From positions 21,804,299-21,868,298 of the forward strand of contig NC_134025.1 in the NCBI RefSeq assembly GCF_964204645.1: DNA of 64,000 nucleotides. Reading direction: 5' to 3'. Below, piece by piece: positions 13,201 through 28,100 of the stretch (positions are counted from its first letter, which is position 1; every line of letters starts with the position of its first letter). Source of the stretch: Tubulanus polymorphus. Its lineage: Eukaryota; Animalia; Nemertea. A model generated the notes under the pieces. The model worked only from the letters and a program-made list of their open reading frames with translations, made no database searches and was not told where the DNA came from. The position numbers and the translations under genes are program-made.

Positions 13201-16200
13201 TGCCGATGGGCCCTTGGGGGATACAAATATATACGAATGATCAAGGTTATTGATAAAAGTGTCTTCAAAATTTCCCTCGAAAACTTCTAAAATGTGTAAA
13301 AAGTGCTGATTTTGGCGAACAACAATGGCTGCCAGTCGGCCATCTTGAATCTGACAGGGCCAGTTTTTGGCCTGAAGATGTGTCTAGGGTAGATACACGT
13401 ATAAACCAAATATCAAGTCATTACCTTGAAGCGTCTTCAAAACTTTGGAACTCTCACGAACTATCTAGATGGTTATCTCTCGACTCAATAGCTTCAAGAC
13501 CCATCTCAGAACAACTTTGTTCCATGCAGCATACCATTAACTCTCGGAAAGCGAATTGGATTTAACATTTTTTTTGGCAGAATAAAATTTGATTGAATTT
13601 GCAATTCGAGCACATGGCTAATTAGCATATCAAGTTCATACACTCGATTTGGGAAAAGCAATTTTTTTGCGAACCTTGCGCAATTGTCAAGGATGAATTT
13701 TCTGTAGAGCAAATAAAAATTCCTCCCAAACACCAAATCAACTAAAGATTTCATAGAAATCGATCTTGAAATACGATTTTAAATCTTAGAATAAAACCCG
13801 GAAGTAAAACAATAGACGATACCGCGGGTTCACGTGAACACCTGATTTCTGTAAACGAAATGTTGGTTGTGACAAAATTGTTCAGACGGTTTTAGGTGGT
13901 AATTAGTACGGAAACGTAACAACCATGGTCGACTTATTCGATGAAATCAGGCCTATGTGATATCCAAATTTTGACTTTTTTATTCTCCAGACCTCCCTGA
14001 TATAGAAATAAAAAATTTTGGTGGTACGAATAGTAATAATAGTAATAATCACAGCGCCGACGGCGACAGAGCCGTGTCAGAGATCGGCGGAGTGAAAATT
14101 GCGGAGGTGGACGAACACGAAGAAGTAGGCTATTGAGCTACTTGAATCGCGAAAACTCCTGGCGCGGCCCCGACGCTTTTCGTTGATTAAGTAGTACAAA
14201 TATCAAGCAATGGGTTTTCACCACAATCTACCGCCGGTGTTTACCGGATTTCAATATCACTCCAAAATTCAAAGAAACCTCGAAATATCGAACCGCAACA
14301 CTTTCGGTAGATATCCGCAGCTGCCCAACCGGGAAACTTATTTGTTGATAGCATCGATAGGATCCATCATCTTCTCCCGTCAAGGGATTCGAACCCACTA
14401 AGCTAAAGCCGTGCCAGAATCAGGTCGGGCCAATCACAGCGCTTGTAACAAACCACATTAGGCTTCTGTGGAATTTCCCAGTAAATGGGCCAATCAGCGA
14501 ACACGTAGCGAACGCGGAAGTATTGTCGCGTGTTGATACATGACGTCATGCGCAAAAGCGCCAGTAATGAAATCACGATAATTCACGTGAACAGCTGCTG
14601 ATATTTTTAGATAAACCAATCACAGGGAAGACACAACTTCCTGATTGGCTGATAAAAATTGAAATTTTCCCGATTTTATTTTCATGAAAAATGCAGAAAA
14701 CATTTTTATGAAAGCCTATTTCAAAATTCTGCTCGCTACGATTCCGAGAATGGATTACGCTTAAATACGTGATTTGTTCGAATATGCCCTCACTTGTCAA
14801 GCAAAAGAGCCTTTTGTGTGGAAACCATGTCATTTAAATTCGCTCCATTTGTATAGTAATAGGCTCAGCCTACGGCTGGCCTAAAAATTATCGAATGAAA
14901 GTCATCGGATAGATATAGGATTCGCTTTCTCATTAGTAAATCAATTTTCAGTGAAATGTATACCTTACACTGGGTGAGAATCAATTTGATGAATTGTTTG
15001 ATAACATTTGGATTTGGAAGCCTAAAAGTCCCGTTCAAATTTCATCGAAAATGAACTAATTTTACAATGTATAACTGATGTATTGTTGCGCCATCTGTGG
15101 CTCATTGAAAATTCAAAAAGATTTTTCCCTGGAAATGGTTACTGTTGTCTGCTAGCTTTCACCAAAATGCTTTTTTTATCCTTGTTATAAACACTTACCG
15201 GCCTCAAATTTTGAGTGGCTCTCGATTCTACCGCTCGCAGTAAATCTCTGAACGTCTTTATTGCACATGGTAATTGGCTGAAACAAAACAGAGCAGGTGG
15301 TCAGTCGACAGATGCAGTTGTGCAATAATGAGACTTCAAGGAGACTTGTTTCTAGAATAGTTATAAAATTAAAATTTACTAAGATTGGACCTTTATTATA
15401 AACAGCTCTAATGCATCTACTTTCCAATGCTTCATTGAGAGTCTTGAAGTCAGTCGGGAAAACTCACCCATTTTTAATGTACAGTATCGGTGTGCGCTGA
15501 ATAGCTGTTTCCAATATCGGTCCCATCAGATCGCCGTGACTAACAAACTGGCCACTAGGTGCCACTGAAACACTGACGGCCACATTGCGTTGCCCTCGAT
15601 CGACTTCTTGCAGGTATAACAGACACAACTCACTCGCTTTTTCGTAGCATTTTATGATTGTATCTTCGCGTTCTTTTATCTTGTACTTACTCGTCGATGG
15701 TGGAGGCAACTTTTCTAAACTCATTCCTTGAAACATAAAAAATAGCATTCGCAAGTTAAGTAAAGTGAATTATCTATGCAATACTGTAGACTCGAATTGG
15801 ATCTTTTTTTTAACGATGAAAATCGAATTGGATTGTAAATATACTGTCAAAAATTCGAATTTTTGATACTGTATATATTTCATTACTGGTCAGAAAACAA
15901 TTTTTCTAAATTGATTATCAAAGTTGGCCGGATCCAACTGTAGAATCTACTTCGTTAATTGTTGTTATTCAGTGTGCTGTACACATACAGCATCCAAAAC
16001 CAAAATTGTTGAAAGTTTATTTAAAAATAACAGGACCTAAACACCTAACGTCCCGAGTGAGCTAAAATGTTTTAATATGTTTTATATCTTTCGATTTTTA
16101 TTGTTCAATACTTATAACTTAACCCAAGGGTAAAGAAATAAAGATCAAACTCAGGGTAACTAACTCACCCTTCAAAGCATATGATTCGGCCACAATCTTC

Positions 16201-18387
16201 AACATACGGCTCGACACACTTTCCAACGCGAGCTTATCGAGCTGGGCTTGTTCTAGTAGATTCAATGTTTCTTGATATTGTCCACTCGCGTATTTCAACT
16301 TGCTCAATAATAACTGAGCCTCGTGTTTGGATGCGACCTGTAATCCCGGAATTTAAACATTTAGCAAATAATCTACCATATATTAGGAAATGGACAAGAC
16401 TTAAGCTAAACAGGTTGATCTTTATACCGGTATACATGTATATTCTATTCATGAATTAATTCAAAATAAGAAGTGCATGTAGAAGGATAAACAAAATCTT
16501 GTAGGCTTAAAATAAAATACTGGACTGCCTGTGAAGTAAAAAGTTAATCTATGAAATTCGAGGCCCATAAGCCCTATTTCTGCTTAAATAAAAGACACCT
16601 AATCTGCGATCGGTCCATTTGCTGATTATTCGTGACAATATTTCATAGGAAAACTACGGCTCAGCTTCAGATAAAATGTTTAACCGTTAAGGCGTTTCAA
16701 TTTTTTCTCGATTCATCAATTTAATAGTTGATGAGGCATCTACTACTAAGTTTGGCAAGATGACTGAATTGAATCATTTGAAACAAATAGACCTATAATG
16801 CCACGAAACAGCCCAGTAATGACGCTTATCGACGCTAAAACATCTAGGAACAGAATGCTTGGCACTCTGATTTAGCGCCTTCTAAACGAATCAACTTCTC
16901 ACCTTGTTCTGGTCATCTTTTTTGATGACTTCATTAAGATATTTTTCGGCTTCCAATAGCTCGGCGGTATTTTGGTCGGATGGAGAGTCAGCTAACGCAG
17001 TCGGATTCCCGGATAGATACTGTTCGAGTTTCGATTCGCCGATTACCAAATGCACAAGAGTTTCTAGAATAGACAATAAATGACATTTCAGCATGAATTC
17101 TACGGATGGAAAATATTGCAGTTGGCCCCCTTTGAACAGGGTCCCTAAAGAATATCAGTCATTCCTGGAAACATGGAGTTTTTTCGAGGAAAAGACAGAA
17201 AAAAAGTGTTTTAAAGGGAAAGATTCATTCACGCACTCGATACGGGATCTCAAGATGGCGAACTTGAACTTGAACTAGCAACAGGTCCGCAGTGAATTTT
17301 ATTTCGTAACAATTCAATCAAATAATGTTTTATCTTATTTAAGCTAGAATAAACATGATCCGGTTATAATAGATTCTGAATTTCACGTAAATATACACAG
17401 AAAATAAATTGGAAATAAAATTTATTTCGGTTCGGTATTGCGCTAAGCATTGTGGGAGATGACATCATTGAGATCGCGCGTGGAGTTCGTGAATTGACGT
17501 AAAATCGGAAAATTGGCGTATGCATAGTTATAAGATCGTATGGATTAACGAAACAACTGCGATATTCAGAAAATATAGAATGTTGTGCGCATTTGAAGCC
17601 CTCGATCATCGAAATCGGTGAAGGATTTCGTGTCGAACTCAACGTTTTAAATTTCGAAATCGGCAAAAACCGGCGTCATAGCATTTTCGGTCCAGGCGAT
17701 TTCGGCCGTAATTTCGGTTGAAAGACATATAATTGACGATCTATTCATTGGAAGTTGACGAGATTAGTTTCGTTAGAAGCAGGAAGCTATTAGCTTTCAT
17801 ATCATGCCTGGATTATCAAAATTGGATAAAAAATAACGAAATAGTAAGCGACCGAAGTTGAGTTGTTTGTGAGCGTCGTTAGCCCCCTTGTTATTTTACA
17901 TATACTATATACATTGGATTAACAGATTATCGTTTTTACATTAACTACAACTCTCGTTTTTACATTACCTACAACTCTGATACGAGCCCCTGTGAGTGAC
18001 TCAGACAGCTGATCTTACTTAGCATCGGAAGGGTAACAAGGTCCTTGATAGGTTGAAGAAGCGCAATAGGCTAAAGGCGAATTTATGTTGCAGGCATTTT
18101 GAATAGGCCTACTTATACTACACCGACCGACCGGACTAGCATTGGAGGAAACCGGCGGACGCTGGAAGACGTAAACCCGGAAGTAAAATAATTCGCATTT
18201 ATTCTGAGAAATTCTCCAAGAATCACGAACCTAATCCAGCCGATTTTGCTGTGATTTGTTTGGCCAATTCTACCGCTCGATTCCAATGGGCGTCACCTCT
18301 GCATTTGTCGATCTCCGACTCTAAACGAGTCAATTTCGACTTTGCATGATGGGCACCTCCAGTATGAGGCGACCGAAGAGCCGCCAT
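3501..18387 (-). CDS. TTC7B: Tetratricopeptide repeat protein 7 (TTC7A/B ortholog, PI4KA complex scaffold), 19 coding exons, ~844 aa
   Basis: Exons in transcript order: 18387-18231, 17063-16903, 16337-16169, 15726-15468, 15277-15199, 12246-12119, 10027-9964, 9444-9307, 9080-8997, 8911-8807, 8560-8388, 8015-7943, 7784-7624, 7317-7201, 6878-6784, 5095-4952, 4754-4657, 4363-4167, 3633-3501. All are GT-AG with consistent phases, 2535 nt in total. Motifs RLESEIDKCR, LLRAVESRATQNLR, ERAMKFSFADFHVWYQFALSL, AASRVEQALSEVASS and C-terminal LEATDPIVPFQVIPRL are typical of TTC7. Confidence 0.95.
5905..6192 (-). mobile_element. piggyBac-type MITE, family A
   Basis: TTAA-CCCTTTCAGTG...CACTGAAAGGG-TTAA; internal sequence homologous (inverted) to the copies at 22620, 23297 and 36198. 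Confidence 0.85.
10198..10270. repeat. Compound microsatellite (ACGT)n(ACAT)n(AT)n
   Basis: Directly visible tetranucleotide repeats. Confidence 0.9.
10442..11611 (+). CDS. Intronless class A GPCR, FMRFamide-receptor/sex-peptide-receptor/Srw-like; nested antisense in TTC7 intron 6
   Basis: 389-aa ORF with seven hydrophobic segments: TM1 GIAANIL, TM2 AVFDLL, TM3 SRNWSIVLLSVDRLIVISFPLRA (DRY variant), TM5 FPTCILIVVN, TM6 FFLICE, TM7 SNSVGNFF. The true start could be the second Met (MTSAQNTS, which has an N-glycosylation sequon). Confidence 0.88.
   Translation: MKSPSHISSSLSVIVITSLTRYLSAGRSIMTSAQNTSHAVPPPCDKKNLPIRSIYIDTFYAQTILHGTLSLVGIAANILIIVTIERYMKRKSYYVCKFVAVFDLLFLVSFAFLYPIRMLYVYAVLGDVAFRFHAFQFGGWISYVFGFAFIWLQVSRNWSIVLLSVDRLIVISFPLRAARFWTKNKQFFIMVSMVVLCALANWHLITPMSFPASYRWPCLRLNIRVYTQYGGFSVFYKRTKFYLQFLDYYEYYVYMFVTSIFPTCILIVVNFLLMMVLHRATAARRSLCRSNSVAQTNVIDLRALRNVVALVVFFLICEVTATMPRLLSINGYVIHDYRMLFIFYQFALISTVSNSVGNFFVLISTDNKFRSFARRVVVPPTRFNKNSQV
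12478..14887 (-). mobile_element. Helentron-associated non-autonomous element (HINE/DINE-1-like) with internal 153-bp tandem duplication; may contain secondary insertions
   Basis: The minus strand begins TTTTT-AGGCCAGCC-GT-AGGCTGAGCCT (subTIR plus inverted repeat) and ends AGGCTGGCC...GCCCCTTGGGGC-TCTTGTT (subTIR, 3' hairpin, T-rich end). Tandem units at 12623-12775 and 12776-12929. Confidence 0.6.
17930..17977. repeat. 24-bp tandem duplication
   Basis: TCGTTTTTACATTA(A/C)CTACAACTC x2. Confidence 0.85.
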
Positions 18388-18636
18388 TTTACAACAACGT
18401 AGGATAATCTCGTCAATCCTGGTTACTCTGATGTTCATTTCAATTTCATAACTGCAAAATCAAAGATTTCTACACAATTTAATTCAATCTATTGAAATTT
18501 GTGAAGTTTTATGTGAAGAGTCGACACAAACAATTATGAGTCGGGTTTTTTAAAGCAAATTGAGAGACTATAGGTCACCGTCTTTATCGCTATGTAAGCC
18601 CCACTCATTCGTTCACTTCCGCTTTAGAAATTAGAG
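18388..18636. promoter_or_regulatory. Compact bidirectional promoter shared by TTC7 and RPS27A, including the putative non-coding RPS27A exon 1
   Basis: TTC7 ATG at 18387 (-). A pyrimidine-rich TOP/TCT-like start CTTCCGCTTT lies at ~18616 with donor GAG|GTAATG at 18636/18637. ETS-type CACTTCCG at 18614-18621; YY1-type CCGCCATTTT overlaps the TTC7 start codon. Confidence 0.6.
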
Positions 18637-19378
18637 GTAATGCACATTTCCGATTAGATTTGTGTTTATTTTCACGTATTTATGAGAAAAGGCGACCGCT
18701 TTTCTTCAGAAACGGCTTTTGGATGAAGGCTGTATGTTGTTCGTAATTATTTCAGGGCAATTTTAAATGTATCGAGGCGTTTCGTGGTGTATATTGTGCC
18801 GTTTCATAGGTACAGAATTTCAGAAAATCCATTCCCGGCCATCATCATTTACTCCATCTAACAGTTATTTATCCATGCAGTGAGTCTGTGGGTGCAACTT
18901 TTCAAATCGTACTCATACCTATAGATGCAAGTGTTTAAATTAGATAACTTTGTTTGATGGCCTGGAGACTCTGGCTGGCCTGTGCCCTTTTCCATACTGC
19001 TGTATGTATGTATGTATGGTAGTTTCTTCATGCCATGTGACGTGATGCCTTGACAATAAATAGGCCCTGACTTCTAGACATATTTGAGCGTACTGAAAAA
19101 GTCATAGCTCATATGATATTTCATTTGGATGCAGGGGCCAGATCACGCTGTATAGGCAACCCAAAGTCTTCGAAGTCGAATTGGAGTCTGGTGTGTTGAT
19201 TCCATGATAATGAATACTGCCATAGTTCAGGCTTATCATTCTCATAGCCGAGGCATACTGAGTTCCATGCTGATGAGGATGACGCCTAAATACAACATGA
19301 ACAACTTCAATTTTCTTTTCACACATGATAAATCTTGTTATCCATCATTATGATTGTAGGCACAAGAGAGTGTAGAAG

Positions 19379-21882
<2,504 letters not shown>

Positions 21883-22619
21883 ATGAATATGTAACATTTA
21901 GAAAAATAAATGAAAAAAAAGTTATTAGAATTGCGGCTTTTCTTTTTGTGATTGTTCATTTTCGAGGTTTTAAGATCGGTGTATCATTAAAACATATCGA
22001 TGGTCTTGTATCGACAGTCCTCGTGACTGATTTCCCTGTCTTTTCTTACGAGGATATCGTTCGAAGTCTCTTCTTGCATAATATGGTAATATGCAGTAGA
22101 CAATGTTTACCCTGGAGTCGATTGTGTGCCCAGACCGTACACATATACCTGTATAGTGGAACCTTGTTGCGAGAGCAAATTTGTTCGTTATAACATCATT
22201 TTATCTGGTATGAAAATCAATTTGTCGTAGGATAAAATTATGACCAATAATAAATCGTATCCAAGTTTGTGAATAATTACATTCCACTGTCGAAGGGATT
22301 TGCTCCAAGATCTAGATAAAGACAAGGTATCAACCTTGGGACGAGTGTCAGTTCCATAAACCATCCTGGTCCATAGTACACACACCACCATCGCAAGGTA
22401 TGCAATTTGTATTTTATCATGTGTTTTGCTACCAGGTAGTCCGGTTTGGCCTATGAGCAGGTCACCCTGTACCACGTTGACGTTGCTAGGTTAGGTAGTG
22501 AGAACTTAATTGTCAGCAGCCATCTGTGGTGATTGGTTCAGTATCATAGTTAAATGACTGAGGTCTATGAGTATCGCTTCTCAGGATATTCTTAAACCCT
22601 TTCTCAGAATATTCATAAA

Positions 22620-22869
22620 CCCGTTCAGTGCATTTACACCGCATTGTATAAATTGGACGGTGATAGACTTATTGCAGTGAACTGATGGAATCAGTTCTTA
22701 TCTGTATTGAAAGATGGCAGCACCTGTTAAACAGTGATACATCAGTAACTATCGACACACCGGCTGCAACGGTGAAACGCTATGCCAATTATTTTCAACA
22801 CAGGGATGGAATTGTTTAACTAAATCATCTCCAGCACTTTCGGGGATAAATAACTCGGCGCTGAAAGAG
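22620..22869 (+). mobile_element. piggyBac-type MITE family A, degenerate copy
   Basis: CCCGTTCAGTGC...AAGATGGCAGCACCTGT...GCGCTGAAAGAG. Confidence 0.7.
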
Positions 22870-23296
22870 TTTTAGGACAGTTTGCAGGAATGATGTCTTT
22901 TATGATAAATTTACAGTTGACTGCATGCTTAAGACTGTGAGGGAGATAGGTGATACTCAAGTGTCTGAGATAGACTGAGTCTACTTTGAGTCATAAATAA
23001 GTCTGTAGAAGTACATTGGAAAATTGATAACTGTCACAATTGAAAGCCCAAATTATCATTAGTACACATCATTTATTTTTACACGAAGTCATTTACAAAT
23101 TCTACATTATTATCACAGAAAAACAAAAATGAATCGGGGCCTCATGAAAAAAATTGAACGATTTTACCATCACTCGTATGATATGTTGAAGGATCATATA
23201 CACCGTACAATAAGACCTGCTTAATCACGATTACACGAAAATCTGTATGAAAAATCATATAACACGAAATTTACAGAATACTAATGTCCGCATTAA

Positions 23297-23576
23297 CCCT
23301 TTCAGTGCTTCTACACCGCAGTGCGGTGTACGAATCAGTGATGGGTTTTGCTAGTACACCGCACTGCGGTGTATTGATTTAATTAGTAATTACTCTCTTG
23401 AAAGATGGCAGCACCTGTCAAACATAGTGAAATATTAGTAACTAACGATATACTGCGCCATGGAGTAGACGCACTATAGTGCTATTCCCGTTATTCAACA
23501 CACTAGGGTGGAATTTTTCAGTATTTTCAAATTATCTTCAGCACTATAGGGTATTAATTAGCCAGCACTGAAAGGG
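23297..23576 (+). mobile_element. piggyBac-type MITE family A (within probable TRIM9 3' UTR)
   Basis: TTAA-CCCTTTCAGTGCT...AGCACTGAAAGGG-TTAA. Confidence 0.85.
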
Positions 23577-24826
23577 TTAAGCAAGTTTACTATTAATTAC
23601 TCATTGACCAGCTGCAATTTTTTAAACCCAATTCTATATTCTTCTAATACCTTATTGCACTCCGTCATGTACATGTTTTGTAAAATAGAACTAAGACAAA
23701 CTAAATCAAGATTACCGTTTAGATATAAGCTACATAATTTAAAAATATGCCTGGTATTTGTACAGTACTAGTAAAGCCATTCACTGAAGCTAGACGAGTC
23801 AAGATATCGGTGTTATCTTCAGCTAAGGATGACACCAGGCACAACCTGAATACGTGCAGATGCCAAAGCCTTCAATATTTTCAGACGTCCATGGGAAATC
23901 GGGGCTTCTGGTCAAACTAACAATATAAATTAGGTTTACGCCCGTATACGCCGAGCAGCTCTGAAGAATACTGCTGCATACACTGAGCAGAAAATTTCTA
24001 ATTGTCAACACATTTTTATATATGATGAAACTCATACATTAACTTTTTTTTCTATACAAACATAATTTAGATATTTACAAATTTCACATGCAATGTACAA
24101 TGAGAAAAACAATTATAACAATCAATTGATTAGAAAACCATTATCTCGTATCTTTAAAACAATTTGAAATTTTAGTAACCAAAAAATTATGACAAATAGT
24201 TAGTAAACGGCAGATTGTTCTAATGAAAGGAAGAACATTTCATTGAAATAATATACCAGTTAACTGTATAGAAATGGTTTTTTGAGACAGAATTTGTAAA
24301 AATGCCAGTGCATTGTTAATGTAATCTAATATTTCAATTGCCTTACTCAACTTTGTGCAAGTACATCGTATCAATCTGCAGCCTGAACCCAACCCTCAGA
24401 CATCACAATTATTGGTGAGTCTGATGATCACTTATTGAAAGTGTGGTGATAAAATATCTGGTATTAGTAGTGAATTTTATAGTGTTTACTGTCAAAAAGA
24501 AAAGGGTTGGGTCCAAGCTACACATCGATACCTACTAAACGAAACCAGTGACTGGGAATGTTTTTAATTGAATTACACATGTTGAAATGGTTAACACTGT
24601 TTGCAGTGAAAGGAATTTCTCCAAAATCATTACGAATATTGATACAAACATATACACAGCTAAGCCTGCTTGATCCGGATTGGTAAGACTTCGGATCCAG
24701 ATCCACGAATTGAGAATTTGACCCTATTTGAATCCTAAAAATAACCAGGTGATAATCATTTAACAGACCGTTTGCATTCTAAGGCACGGATCTCTTAAAA
24801 CTTGCGTGATAAATTTAGACGGCTCA

Positions 24827-25079
24827 CAGGCCCGTACCCAGGAAGGTGTGAACGAACCTCCCCAATACTTTTTGTGTGAGAAAATTTATTGGATTACGCA
24901 TAGTGTTTCAGTGACTTTGTAATATTAAATATTCACTAACATTGACTGGAAATATCTCTCAAACGCTTCAAGTTTTCAAAATTTTCTTAAACCCCTGCAG
25001 GGAGCTTCACGCATGCTATTGCCGGCTCCACCATATTTGAATCCACACCCACCCAAAGTAGAGTCTGTGTACGGGCCTG
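24827..25079. mobile_element. Non-autonomous DNA transposon with 5-bp TSD
   Basis: TIR CAGGCCCGTAC / GTACGGGCCTG flanked by a GCTCA duplication. Confidence 0.7.
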
Positions 25080-25178
25080 GCTCATGATAATCCAGATAAA
25101 GTTAGCTTTGCTATATTTCCAAATGATTGTCCTAATATTGAAGGAGGATATTGTTTGATGAACCGGTCGTCTTTTCGA

Positions 25179-28100
25179 TCATTGTCTATCGAATATTTCC
25201 TTCTCGAAAGGAACGTCCAATCCCGTATGAATCGTACATTGAGTATTCCGGTTCAAGCTGATCGCCGGGAAAAATACGCCTTCTAAATTCGTGAAGGCAA
25301 TCGGTCCGTGGGGTTCGTCGTTCACGTAAAAACTGAGCGTCCCTTGATTAAGGTCGAGTAACGCGCCGACGATGCAACCTTTTCCGATTCCGCCGTCCGT
25401 ACGGCCTGTATGTTCACCGCCGTGTCGAAACCAACTCCGATGACTATCTATATACATTCCCCAGCCTTTATCATCTTTACCTGCAAACAATACCATGAAT
25501 TAATATCAATTCACGAACTACGAGGCTTTGTCCACAATTTTTGATACTGGTATTGATTCCAGAATTGGCTCTTAATGGCCAACTAGCAGAAACTGACGGG
25601 CTTGACATGAGATGAGGCGCTGCAGGTAGCTACAGATGGATGAAACTGGCCTTATGTCCAACTGCAGGATAAAGTGCCTCAAGTCAAGAGGGCCGCAGTT
25701 TCGATCAAGATCTTGTTTGTCCTATTAAAAGGCTACAGAACAACCTTTAACAAGGGAACTGTAAGAACCCAGGAACTTTGGTTTGACGAGGCCCAGTGTT
25801 TGAAAGACTGACGACTTAAACCACTTGGCCACTGACCATCTCAAGTTAGCATATAGTCCTGGTCTCTAGTGTAGGAAAAGCTTAGTCCCAGTCCCATATT
25901 ATAAGTCCCAGGTTTAGGCCAGATACTGTACAAAAAAAATTTAAGCTTAAACTTCAGTTAGAATTGATGCACTCATTGAAAACGTTAAGTAACCTATAAC
26001 AATTAAATCAGAAATTTAAGTAAAACTTTTTCTATGAAACTGGCCCCTCAGAAATAGCAAACTCTTAACCTCCCATAGCTGTTGGTATTTTAATCTAAGG
26101 GTCCATTGATTGTCAAACAGTACACATTGCTCTAGCAAGTGCTGCCATCTGCGTAGTAAGTGCTGCTGCCACATTATACGAAATCTATCTCTTGAATATC
26201 TCACCTAGAGTCATTTCTTTATTGACGTCGAATCTTGCGATTCCGAACACTGGATCTGGTTGATTGTCGTAGCGATCAATCGTAATCTCCCAATAGTGAA
26301 TTCCTTTCGAGAAGCCGATCTGGCCCAACACGACCCTGTCGTCGAAACTGCTCGACGTTACCGTTGAGTTCTCATTCGAGAACACCAGTTCCGGGTGAGC
26401 TGTCAATTTCTCCAAGGTAAACCATGCAACTATAAGATAAGACGCGAAAATGAAGAATAAATCAGTTGAGCCAGTTCGACAGACTGATCCGCTGCGAATC
26501 GGACTGAAATTCACCGCCAATATTTTTGACGGCACGTTTCACGGTCACGTCAAAGATTCTAGGTTTACTGTGCCCCTTAAAAAAGGACTAGTGCCCTTCA
26601 TTGTTAAAAATCCACCAAAATCATCCTGTATTCACATTAATCTATATGTTATGTGCCCTATTCCAAAAGTGCCAAATTCCAAATTCCAAAATTCCAAAAG
26701 GAAAAGTGCCCCTAATCTTAGGCAAAACTGTGTCAGCGCGCCCCTTCAGTTAAAATTTCCGCAAAAAGTGCCATTTTTTTTGCCCTTCTCAGAGTGTCAA
26801 GTGCCCTCTTCCAAACCATGAGTGCCCCTTGAACAGGCAGTGTCTTTTTTTTAAATCTATCATGATTTAGGCCTGATATAAAACATTTCCTGTGATTCCG
26901 ACCTGTTTACCAGCTTTCAATAGATGAAAAAAGAAAATGATTCCTATATGCATCTCCTGAAATCTTGTATTGGTTTTGGGTATTTCTGGATTACTATGTT
27001 AGTCTCTAGAAGCCCTCTAAAAGCCATAAAATGGTGCCAAATTTTCAAATTTCCCCATTACCTCCCCCAAAGGCTTGGCACCTTAGCTTGGATACTGGTT
27101 GTGCCTTCAGATGAGACCAGTACCCTAGAATTTCCTTCCAATACTGTCTTACCCTGACTTTGGACCCAACCCTTATTTCAATCAACATAGCGAGAATTGA
27201 ATATAGAATATCGCGTTATACCTTCGGCTGTTTGTAACGCTATCGGACCACTGTATTCACTTTCGCCGGCATGATTCAACGCCTTAATGCGGGCGTGGTA
27301 CATACTATCGAAGTGAAGCCCGTCTACGGTGCATATCGTCTCGCGACCGCAATACACTTCCTACAAAATACAAATACAATTTAGAGAGCCGATTACGTAA
27401 ACAACAAGATATACACACAACTCATATATAGTACGCTTCTTCGTCACACTTGTGAATCTTAAGTGCGTGTACACTTGACATGAAATTATGCAAAATTAAG
27501 TAGAATCAATTCAAACAATAATGGGCACTTGTTTACTCTATTTACAACCTGGATTTTCAAGTAGCCAATTGTTAAAACCGAAATTTCGCAACCGTCTTCA
27601 TCATATTTGAGATACATTTACTTTAAGCTTGCTAATTTTTTTAGAAATGCGTGTGAAAAAAATATTTTTTTGAATTTGAATCGTGAGCTTTTTTTCATTT
27701 TATTCACACGTATCAGTCAGCAGCCAGGGCTCTGCTTTATGAAAAGAATTAAGAAATTACGATGAAGAAATAAAACATTTTTTGCGAAACTCGGTATTGG
27801 AACCAGCCCTTCAGATATTTGCCATTGTTGTGTGAAGTCACGCTAATCGTCTGGGGTGTAGCATGCTGCTTCATTATCCCGAAGAATTGGAGTTAAGAAA
27901 ATCGTACTACTGAGTCTACTCAATCTGTTATAATGTATTAATACATCCACGAGATACAGTGTACTAATTCTCGTTTAGAATACACAATTTTTTCTACAGG
28001 GAGACGAGTATTATCGGTAATATCTTACCCTGAAGGGCCCGTTACAACCGTCATCCAATTCGAGCGTGTACACGTCGACGATACTGCCGGGATGAGGCTG

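Noticed and set aside
14370-14416. tRNA B-box GGTTCGAATCCC on the minus strand
   Set aside because: No cloverleaf or properly spaced A box; at most a SINE or tRNA fragment.
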